Positions 36,975-45,031 of a DNA stretch of 64,000 nt are shown here, in pieces; the stretch's first letter is position 1; the number at the start of each line of letters is the position of its first letter. The notes under the pieces were generated by a model. It did no database searches and was not told the origin of the DNA. It saw nothing but the letters and a program-made list of their open reading frames with translations. A program made the translations under genes and the position numbers. This stretch comes from Candidatus Poribacteria bacterium. Its GTDB lineage: Bacteria; Poribacteria; WGA-4E; WGA-3G. The stretch lies in assembly GCA_965197475.1 (NCBI GenBank), contig CBDANF010000002.1:1280001-1344000 (forward strand), written 5' to 3'.

Positions 36975-38975
36975 GTGAAAAATATTTACACTTATTTGGC
37001 AATTTTAATAGCGGTGTTTAGTAGTTCGCTTAATGTTGGCTTTGCACAAGAAGATCCGGCGGCTGCGTGGATGCCAGATTCAATTCTGCGGAAAGTCGTG
37101 CGGAGAGCCCTTGAGTTGGATGCGGATGTTGAACTCACGCAAGAAGCCTTAAAAGGGTTGACAGAATTGAATACTCACTATCGTGCGTTTCGGGACCGTG
37201 GAGACGGATTTATTGCCGATATCACCGGTTTAGAATATGCAACAAATTTAGAATTGTTAGTTCTTGTGCCGGAAGCGATTAGCGATATTAACCCGCTTGC
37301 GGGATTAACCAAATTAACATGGTTAGACATAACCTCCAACCAGATCAATGATATCAGTGCCGTGGCAGGATTGGTGAACCTCACAGCATTGCAGCTTAAT
37401 GGAAATCCTGTAGCCGACCTTAGTGTGATAACAAATTTAACGAAACTAACCATACTTAATATTCCGGATTCTATCATAGACGACCTTAATTTGCTCCAGG
37501 AGATCCTACGAAAGAATCCGAATTTAACAAGTGTGAATTTCGTTTTTGATATTCGTAACATCGTCAAGACTCAAATCACCAAGATCGGTTTTTCAGAGGA
37601 GGCACTGCAAACCTACACTGAAGGAGATGAGGTTCAAGTAAATGTGACATTTGACGCGGATGGAACGCGCCATGCTAATGCTAAACCCTACGTGACTGTG
37701 TATATGGGAGAGCAAATCCCAGAGAATGAGCGACAGGCAGAATGGACATCTTCAAAAGATACCAATTCAACGGAGGTAACATTTATATATGAGGTGCTCC
37801 CTGGCGATGATACGTCCAGTGTGACAATAAAACCAAATAGCTTTACAGTTCCTAAGGGGTCATTCATTGTTGACAACAATGGCACCTTTGTTCATGGGGG
37901 CACTGGGGATCAACAGTCAATTGTGACTATTCCTACTTCCGCAGACGTTTATGTTCCTATTGTTGGCACATTGCATCTGATCGTTTTTAGCGAATTTTTA
38001 TTTCAACCTATAAATGAAGTCCATTCAGTGCCACAATGGATTGAGGTCTACAACACGAGTGAAGCTGATATGAATCTACGAGGATGGCAATTAAAGTTAG
38101 AACGTCATGCAGATTATCCCATAATCAATCAACAAGGCGAAAAACCTGTTTTAGAACGCACAGTGCAGATTCAGACAGATTTTATTGTTCCTGCTCGCGA
38201 AACACGTTTAATCGTTACATCCTCAGGACGGAATTCTGGTGGGAAAGCACTTGAGTCTGGACAGGTCTATAATTTATTCGATCACCACTCTGTTGAACTC
38301 AATCAGAACACAGACAATAAGAATAGTGTGATCGTCGCAGACGGCTTTTCGCTCAAACTCCTTGATGCTGACAATATACTTATTGATATCATCGGGAACT
38401 TAAATGAAGATGGGAACACCGTATGGGAAATCCCTAAACGCCTCCTTAATATTCGTGTATCGTTGATACGGCGTTTCGATGAAGGCACACCTCGTCCAGG
38501 AACAGAACGGCGGGGATGGATACCCGCGGATAAGGTGAAAAATCAGCCTAAAGATATTTACTATGGACACAGTTTAGATATTGGCGCGCCTGGGTATCGT
38601 AGCAAGAGTAACCCATTACCTGTCAATTTATCAGTCTTTACAGTGAATGTTGTTTCAGGTAATATCGTTATCGAATGGATAACGGAATCGGAATTAAACA
38701 ACGCTGGTTTTTATGTTCTGCGGAATCCAGCGCGTGAGGGGAATTATGAAGTGCTCAATGCCAAGTTAATTCCGGGGGCAGGCACGACAGGTGAGCGTTC
38801 AGCTTATATGTTTACAGATACAACTGCCGTACCTGGTGTTGTATATTATTATCAACTTGTGGATGTGTCGTATAGTGGTATCCGTAACGTGCTTGGAACG
38901 CAACGGTTACGGGGCACCCTATCGCCAGTTGGGAAACGTATAACGCAATGGGGCAACCTGAAAAACAATAAATGA
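36975..38975 (+). CDS. Secreted internalin-like LRR protein with lamin-tail-like domain
   Basis: WMPD..LR, ITGLEYATNL, ISDINPLAGLTKL; FSEFL..QWIEVYN..NLRGW; LPVNLS..F..W.TESELNNAGF; tail KRITQWGNLK. Confidence 0.82.
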   Translation: MKNIYTYLAILIAVFSSSLNVGFAQEDPAAAWMPDSILRKVVRRALELDADVELTQEALKGLTELNTHYRAFRDRGDGFIADITGLEYATNLELLVLVPEAISDINPLAGLTKLTWLDITSNQINDISAVAGLVNLTALQLNGNPVADLSVITNLTKLTILNIPDSIIDDLNLLQEILRKNPNLTSVNFVFDIRNIVKTQITKIGFSEEALQTYTEGDEVQVNVTFDADGTRHANAKPYVTVYMGEQIPENERQAEWTSSKDTNSTEVTFIYEVLPGDDTSSVTIKPNSFTVPKGSFIVDNNGTFVHGGTGDQQSIVTIPTSADVYVPIVGTLHLIVFSEFLFQPINEVHSVPQWIEVYNTSEADMNLRGWQLKLERHADYPIINQQGEKPVLERTVQIQTDFIVPARETRLIVTSSGRNSGGKALESGQVYNLFDHHSVELNQNTDNKNSVIVADGFSLKLLDADNILIDIIGNLNEDGNTVWEIPKRLLNIRVSLIRRFDEGTPRPGTERRGWIPADKVKNQPKDIYYGHSLDIGAPGYRSKSNPLPVNLSVFTVNVVSGNIVIEWITESELNNAGFYVLRNPAREGNYEVLNAKLIPGAGTTGERSAYMFTDTTAVPGVVYYYQLVDVSYSGIRNVLGTQRLRGTLSPVGKRITQWGNLKNNK

Positions 38976-39000
38976 ACCAATCCATAAATTTGAGCAAGGG

Positions 39001-39038
39001 AGGTTTTGAAGATTGTTTACGATAATCTTCAAAACCTT
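39001..39038. terminator. Stem-loop after the LRR gene
   Basis: AGGTTTTGAAGATT...AATCTTCAAAACCT. Confidence 0.65.
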
Positions 39039-39080
39039 TACTAACTCACCACTTCGTTACCGAGACGTTGAATATACAAA

Positions 39081-40043
39081 ATGAAAAATAATACAAACAA
39101 CATTGAAAATAGAAATGTCGTGATAATTGGTGGTGGAACTGCTGGCTTTGCAGCAGGTGTCTACACCTCCCGGGCAATGCTGGAACCTGTTCTAATTACG
39201 GGTGATGCACTTGGCGGGCAACTCTCCTTAACACTTGACCTTGAGAACTACCCCGGATTTTTTGGTAACGAAGCTTCCGTTTTCATTCAAGGCATGCAGG
39301 AGCAAGCAGAGCGGTTCGGTACTGAGGTTAAATTTGACACAGTAACAGCCGTTGATTTCGCGCAACACCCGTTTGTCGTGAACACTTATGAAAAAGAGTA
39401 CCACGTAAAATCTGTGATTATCTGCACTGGTGCTTCCCCACGCACACTTGACATCCCTGGGGAAGAGCGATATGGTGGACGTGGTGTCTCCTACTGTGCG
39501 ACGTGTGATGGGTTTTTCTTCCAAGACCAACGACTCGTCGTAGTTGGTGGTGGTGACGCTGCATTGGAGGAAGGAATCTTCCTAACAAAATACGCATCTG
39601 AAGTCTATGTCGTTCATCGGCGCGACCAATTGCGTGCAAGTCAAATTATGCAAGAACGCGCATTCAAAAACGATAAAATCAAGTTTATTTGGGACACTGT
39701 CGTTGAGGAAATTTGCGGAAATGACGAAAAAGTAACGGGTGCCAAACTCAAAAACGTCAAAACAAATGAGACAGAACTTTTCCCGATTGATGGTGTGTTT
39801 ATCTTTATAGGTCATATACCGAACACAGAACTTTTTGCAAACGTTATAGATATGAATGAACAAGGGTACATTATCGTAGACGATCTTCAACGTACCAACA
39901 TAGATGGCGTTTTTGCAGCAGGTGATGTGCATGATCACGTGTTCCGTCAAGCGATTACGGCGGCAGGTGCAGGCGCAGCGGCGGCGATCGCATCCGAAAA
40001 GTTCATCGCTGAATTCGAAAACCGCGCATATCCAGGGAATTGA
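39081..40043 (+). CDS. trxB: Thioredoxin-disulfide reductase
   Basis: GGQL, ENYPG, GVSYCATCDG, VVGGGDAA, HRRD, GVFAAGDV. Confidence 0.96.
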   Translation: MKNNTNNIENRNVVIIGGGTAGFAAGVYTSRAMLEPVLITGDALGGQLSLTLDLENYPGFFGNEASVFIQGMQEQAERFGTEVKFDTVTAVDFAQHPFVVNTYEKEYHVKSVIICTGASPRTLDIPGEERYGGRGVSYCATCDGFFFQDQRLVVVGGGDAALEEGIFLTKYASEVYVVHRRDQLRASQIMQERAFKNDKIKFIWDTVVEEICGNDEKVTGAKLKNVKTNETELFPIDGVFIFIGHIPNTELFANVIDMNEQGYIIVDDLQRTNIDGVFAAGDVHDHVFRQAITAAGAGAAAAIASEKFIAEFENRAYPGN

Positions 40044-40072
40044 TTCTCCGAATAGATGCACTGTAAAGAAGG

Positions 40073-41062
40073 TTGATATTCATCGGCGGAATAGAGTACA
40101 ATATTGATATGATCTACATAAGAGAGCATCCCGATCCTGACTTTGCGTTACTGCCCCACGGTAGATACGATATTGTGACCAAAGATGCCTTGCAGAAATT
40201 CCCTGAAGACATCTTGAAGGTAGTTTTAGAACATGCTGATTTTAAGTTTATAGAATTTGTGGAAGGCGAATTCACGACCGTTGAAATCCGTCGGACAGAT
40301 AGACTCATAAAGGTACTACTCGGTGATGAGTTAGTTTTAGTGCACATTGAGTTTCAGGTAGGCGATAGTACTGCTCTTGAAATGGTGCGCCGCAACGTAG
40401 GTTATCTCGGCAGATGCTACGAAACATACGGCTTGCCAATCCTTTCTCACGTTATCTATCTCCGTCCCAATGCGGGGCAGAATGATCCAGGTGGTTACAG
40501 GCAAGACGTGCCGAACCATCGGTTCATCGTTGAGTACAAGGTAATTCGTCTCATTGAACTTGATGGACAATCTGTGTTGGAGATGGAAAACACTGGACTC
40601 ATGCCTTTTGCGCCGTTGATGAAGCCTCCGACTGGTATGGAAAAACTCCAATGGGCTGTGCAATGTAATGAAAAGACAAAGGAACTTTCGTTACCCTCAG
40701 ATATTCGTAGTAACCTTCTGGTATCGCAGTGGGTTCTGAGTGGTTTAATTCATCCTCACCAAGCAATTGGTGGTTTTCTATCGGAGGAAGTTATGCAAGA
40801 ATCTTCGGTTTACCAACACCTATTAGAGACAACAGGAAAAGAACATTACGAACGAGGGTTACAACAGGGAGCGAGACAAAATGCCCTTGAATCTCTCTTT
40901 GGTGTCCTTGAGTATAAGTTTGATTCTATCTCAGTCCGTCTATTACTACCGTCGTTGGAAAACATTAGCGATGTCAATGTTCTTAGACAGCTACTTGACG
41001 CAGCACTACGTGTAGAAGACCTTGAAACGTTTGTCCAGATTTTAGAAACGAGCGAGAGTTAA
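40073..41062 (+). CDS. Rpn/YhgA-like PD-(D/E)XK recombination-promoting nuclease family protein
   Basis: YD..K, RRTD, VHIEFQ, VIYL, MQESSVYQ, ERGLQQG C-terminal module; start uncertain. Confidence 0.75.
   Translation: MIFIGGIEYNIDMIYIREHPDPDFALLPHGRYDIVTKDALQKFPEDILKVVLEHADFKFIEFVEGEFTTVEIRRTDRLIKVLLGDELVLVHIEFQVGDSTALEMVRRNVGYLGRCYETYGLPILSHVIYLRPNAGQNDPGGYRQDVPNHRFIVEYKVIRLIELDGQSVLEMENTGLMPFAPLMKPPTGMEKLQWAVQCNEKTKELSLPSDIRSNLLVSQWVLSGLIHPHQAIGGFLSEEVMQESSVYQHLLETTGKEHYERGLQQGARQNALESLFGVLEYKFDSISVRLLLPSLENISDVNVLRQLLDAALRVEDLETFVQILETSES
40793..41062 (+). CDS. Putative internally translated C-terminal product (RpnS-like), 89 aa
   Basis: In-frame ATG preceded by GGAGG with 5-nt spacing. 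Confidence 0.55.
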   Translation: MQESSVYQHLLETTGKEHYERGLQQGARQNALESLFGVLEYKFDSISVRLLLPSLENISDVNVLRQLLDAALRVEDLETFVQILETSES

Positions 41063-41103
41063 CTCTAACCGGTTAAGTAGGATCCTTTAGGTTGCGTGGT
41101 GCC

Positions 41104-41264
41104 ATCGTAGACGATATGTAGCGGGCAATATAGACGGCGTTTTTGCCGCGGGTGATGTGCATGATCACGTATTCCGACAGGTGATCACGGCGGCGGGCGC
41201 GGCGGCTATTGCATCCGAAAAGTTCATCGCTGAATTGGAGAACCGCGCCTATCCGGGAAATTAA
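41104..41264 (+). pseudogene. Degenerate duplicate of the trxB 3' end
   Basis: Aligns with 39873-40043 (ATCGTAGACGAT...GGTGATGTGCATGATCACGT...GCATCCGAAAAGTTCATCGCTGAATT...), with indels. Confidence 0.88.
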
Positions 41265-41295
41265 TCGGTAAGGGTTGCCTACTGTAAGGTGAAAT

Positions 41296-42726
41296 ATGAA
41301 AACACGAATCAGTCTATTTATGTATGGCATCGTAATACTTTTACTGGCTTGTAATGGACCAATCGCTAACAGCCAATCATTTGTAAAGGCAGTTGAACGC
41401 GCTAAGCCCGCGGTTGTCATGATCCGTACCTATGATGCGCTCGGTAAACTCAATACATTTTTTGGTTCTTCTGGAGGATCGGGCATTATTATTGACAAGG
41501 ACAAAGGGTACATTCTTACGAATTACCATGTCATTGCCCATGAAGAAGCAGATTTTATTCTGGCTACTTTTCTTGAAAAACGTGATGGTCGCCGCTCATT
41601 TGAGGTTACTCTGGTTGGCTACGATCACTTATCAGACCTTGCTGTTCTGAAAATTGATCCTGAAAAAGCACCACCCTTGTCGGAAATCGAGTGGGGTGAT
41701 TCCGACAATGTGCAAATAGGCGAACCGGCAATTGCAATCGGTTACCCATATTTATTCAATCTGCAAGGTAGTCAACAAGAACCCGTAGCGTGGGAAACCG
41801 AGGATACAGGCAATTATCTCTATGAGACAATTGCAGAATTAGTTCAACCTACTATCTCAGTCGGCATCGTCAGTGCAACAGATAAAATTCTGCTAGATAA
41901 AAATAAAATCGATAGAGAAGATCGCTTCCTTCCAAGTCTCATCCAGACCGACGCGTCTATTAACAGAGGGAACAGTGGTGGTGCCTTAGTCAATAGTAAA
42001 GGTCAACTCATCGGCGTAAATACTTGGGGAAAACTAGCGTCAGAAGAAGGGGGTTCAATTGGAATTAACTTTGCCATTTCAGCGAATACTGCCAAAAAGG
42101 TTTACAACCAACTTATTGATTTTGGTTACGTTCAGTCGATCTATCTTGGACTTCGAACAATATCAATAACTTACGAATTACAAAAACAATTGCAACTACC
42201 ATTTATAAACGGAGTAATAGTTTCCTCTGTGGATGCCGAAAGTTCTGCTGCCCTTTCAGGTTTTAAAAAAGATGATGTCATTACAAGCATTGCCGGGCAA
42301 TCGATAAAAAATGACCGTCACTTCAAGGCAATAGAACGCCTGTTGCCTATCAATCAAAAGGTTGTTTGTACTCTCATCCGAGATGGCAAACATGAAGAAG
42401 TTATATTGATTCCTATTGTCCTTGGTACCATTACTACAAGTTGGGGTGTAATTGAACAACCCAATCGTAAAACGCTTGAAAATTACACACGTCGTGGTGC
42501 TATTGTCACAGATGTTATATCAGATAGTGTATTGGGGAGAGAAGGATTGGAACGCGGCGACCTTATTTATAAAATAAACCATAGAAAAATTCACTCACTT
42601 GAAGACTATAAAACTTTCGGAGATATGCTTCCCAGAGGCAGAACTATACCAATGCGTTTCCACATTGAGAGGCGTATTGATCAGGATAGTTGGCACAGAT
42701 TTATAGATTTCAATATGACAAAGTGA
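41296..42726 (+). CDS. HtrA/DegQ-family serine protease with PDZ domains, probable lipoprotein
   Basis: LLAC lipobox, GSG, TNYHV, DLAVL, QTDASINRGNSGG. Confidence 0.92.
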   Translation: MKTRISLFMYGIVILLLACNGPIANSQSFVKAVERAKPAVVMIRTYDALGKLNTFFGSSGGSGIIIDKDKGYILTNYHVIAHEEADFILATFLEKRDGRRSFEVTLVGYDHLSDLAVLKIDPEKAPPLSEIEWGDSDNVQIGEPAIAIGYPYLFNLQGSQQEPVAWETEDTGNYLYETIAELVQPTISVGIVSATDKILLDKNKIDREDRFLPSLIQTDASINRGNSGGALVNSKGQLIGVNTWGKLASEEGGSIGINFAISANTAKKVYNQLIDFGYVQSIYLGLRTISITYELQKQLQLPFINGVIVSSVDAESSAALSGFKKDDVITSIAGQSIKNDRHFKAIERLLPINQKVVCTLIRDGKHEEVILIPIVLGTITTSWGVIEQPNRKTLENYTRRGAIVTDVISDSVLGREGLERGDLIYKINHRKIHSLEDYKTFGDMLPRGRTIPMRFHIERRIDQDSWHRFIDFNMTK

Positions 42727-42739
42727 TGGGACTGTTCCA

Positions 42740-44377
42740 GTGACTAACCACATAAACCAACGTTTTGCTCTTGGCTTAGATTCAAGCACACAGAGTTTAT
42801 CGGCAATCGTCATCAATATTGACACAGCAGAAAAGTGTTTTGATCACGCAATTGACTATCGTGCTGATGCACGAACCAATGGCTTCGGTATTGGAGAGGA
42901 CTACATCTTACCACCGAAGTCTGATGGTGAAGCAGAACAACCGCCGTTGATGTACCTTGCATCACTTGATGCAATGCTCACTGACATGCGCGAGGCGGGT
43001 GTTGCGTTAGAGAATATCGTTGCTATCAACACATCCGGACAACAGCACGGGCATGTTTATCTGAACCGAAACGCTGCGATTATATTCTCCAACCTACAAA
43101 GGGTAGAAAGTAGTAGATTAGATTTAAATACGCTTTTAGCGGGTGTCTTATCGTATTCCACTGCACCGATATGGATGACTGCCAACACCGTCGCACAGAC
43201 AAATCATGTGCGAGAAGCAGTCGGTGGAAAAACACAGATGATTGAACGTTCTGGCTCGGATGCACCACTTCGGTTCACAGGCGCAGTGCTCCGTCGTGTG
43301 GCAGAACAATTATCACGCGAATACGCAGCAACAGAAAAAATCCAACTTATCAGCAGTTTTATCCCCGCAGTGCTGTCGGGAAATCCGACAGTGCCGATTG
43401 ATACAGGCAATGGATGCGGCATGTCGCTGATGAATTACCGGAACAAGGTGTGGGATACCGAACTGCTATCAGCAACGGCACAAGACATACCCGGAGGTTC
43501 AGAAGAATTACTGCGTAAATTACCAGAACTTGCCCCGCCGGATTCTGTTGTAGGAAATATCGCGACGTATTTTGTGGAAAAGTATGGGTTTTCAGAAGAG
43601 TGTTCAATCATAGCAGGGTCAGGGGACAATCCACAAGCAAAAGTTCCTGTAGCAGGCGATCTGCTCAGCCTCGGCACCAGTTTTGTCAATATGGTATCCA
43701 CAGATGGAGATACGCTTGACCCAGAAGGGTTTGCTAACGCAATGTACGATGGCATCGGTCGCCCGTTTATGTTCGGGTGTCGTACCAATGGTGCTATGGT
43801 GTGGGATGCTGTCAGAAATCACTACGGACTTGCAAAAGAGGAATATGAACCCGCGGAAGCTGCTTTGAAAGATGTTTCACCCGGACAATTCATGACATTT
43901 TGGCAACCGAAAACAGAATCTTTTCCTGTATCCGGTGCCTTTGATTTGATACGCACAACCGATTCGAAAACTCCAAATTTAGCGGAGGATTATACTGGGG
44001 TTATAGAGACAAGTCTTGCAGCGGTTTATGTCTATTCCGAAGTCTTTACAAAACCATCGCAAGACCCTTTATATGTTACAGGGGGAGCGACAGGAAGTCC
44101 TCAAATTATGCGGCGCGTCGCAGGAATTTGGAACAGACCCACCGTCTCGGTAGAAAAGGGTGGTGCTGCACTCGGTGCTGCGGTAGCAGGTGTGAAAGCG
44201 TATTGCGACTATATGGATGAACCTTTTGACGTTGAGGCATTTAGTGCTGCAGTCCTAAAACGCGGTGAAATAATTCAACCTAACGCTGCCGATGTCGCAG
44301 CATATCACGGAGATGGAAAATATCTCCAGCGATTCCGCGATACTTATGAAAAAATTATGAGGGAAAACCCTCTATAG
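42740..44377 (+). CDS. FGGY carbohydrate kinase, xylulokinase-like
   Basis: GLDSSTQS, SGQQHG, PIWM, RFTG, LISSF, GDNP, SLGTS. Confidence 0.85.
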   Translation: MTNHINQRFALGLDSSTQSLSAIVINIDTAEKCFDHAIDYRADARTNGFGIGEDYILPPKSDGEAEQPPLMYLASLDAMLTDMREAGVALENIVAINTSGQQHGHVYLNRNAAIIFSNLQRVESSRLDLNTLLAGVLSYSTAPIWMTANTVAQTNHVREAVGGKTQMIERSGSDAPLRFTGAVLRRVAEQLSREYAATEKIQLISSFIPAVLSGNPTVPIDTGNGCGMSLMNYRNKVWDTELLSATAQDIPGGSEELLRKLPELAPPDSVVGNIATYFVEKYGFSEECSIIAGSGDNPQAKVPVAGDLLSLGTSFVNMVSTDGDTLDPEGFANAMYDGIGRPFMFGCRTNGAMVWDAVRNHYGLAKEEYEPAEAALKDVSPGQFMTFWQPKTESFPVSGAFDLIRTTDSKTPNLAEDYTGVIETSLAAVYVYSEVFTKPSQDPLYVTGGATGSPQIMRRVAGIWNRPTVSVEKGGAALGAAVAGVKAYCDYMDEPFDVEAFSAAVLKRGEIIQPNAADVAAYHGDGKYLQRFRDTYEKIMRENPL

Positions 44378-44450
44378 CAAAAAATTGTCAACGGTTAGCT
44401 GCAAACGAGGTTGAATTCATCAATACCTCTCACCACAGGCGATAGCTATT

Positions 44451-44918
44451 ATGAGCGAACTAACACATTTTGACGAAAAAGGCAACACTCGGATGGTTGA
44501 CGTTGGTGGAAAACCGGAAACGTTGCGCATTGCTATTGCCAGGGGACATGTGACCGCTCAACCTGAAACGCTCCACCGCATTACTGAACAACAGATGAAG
44601 AAGGGTAATGTTTTGGAAGTCGCCCGACTCGCCGGTTATATGGCAGCAAAACGGACGAGTGATCTCATACCGTTGTGTCATCCTCTCACACTCACCTCTA
44701 TCCGTGTGGATGTGGCAATTGTTGAAGAAAAAATAGAAATTGAGGCTGAAGTGCAAACCGTTGGACGTACAGGTGTGGAAATGGAAGCACTCACGGCTGT
44801 GTCCGTGGCGGGCTTGACTGTTTACGATATGTGTAAAGCTGTTGATCGAGAAATGTGTATCTCAGAAATAAAGTTAGTCAAAAAAACCGGTGGTGCAAGC
44901 GGTGATTTCAATTTGTAA
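44451..44918 (+). CDS. moaC: Cyclic pyranopterin monophosphate synthase
   Basis: LTHFD, MVDV, LIPLCHP, TGVEMEALT, YDMCKAVD, KTGG. Confidence 0.97.
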   Translation: MSELTHFDEKGNTRMVDVGGKPETLRIAIARGHVTAQPETLHRITEQQMKKGNVLEVARLAGYMAAKRTSDLIPLCHPLTLTSIRVDVAIVEEKIEIEAEVQTVGRTGVEMEALTAVSVAGLTVYDMCKAVDREMCISEIKLVKKTGGASGDFNL

Positions 44919-45031
44919 TACCAAATTAACTTCATTTCACTGGTAGGCGCGCTTTGTAAGCGTGCTGTCAATAGTGTTCAAGTAATTAATATGTTTACTA
45001 AAAGACACTGTGCTAAAGCGGAGAAATAATT

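Noticed and set aside
41073-41420. 115-aa minus-strand ORF
   Set aside because: Antisense shadow of the trxB remnant and the htrA start.
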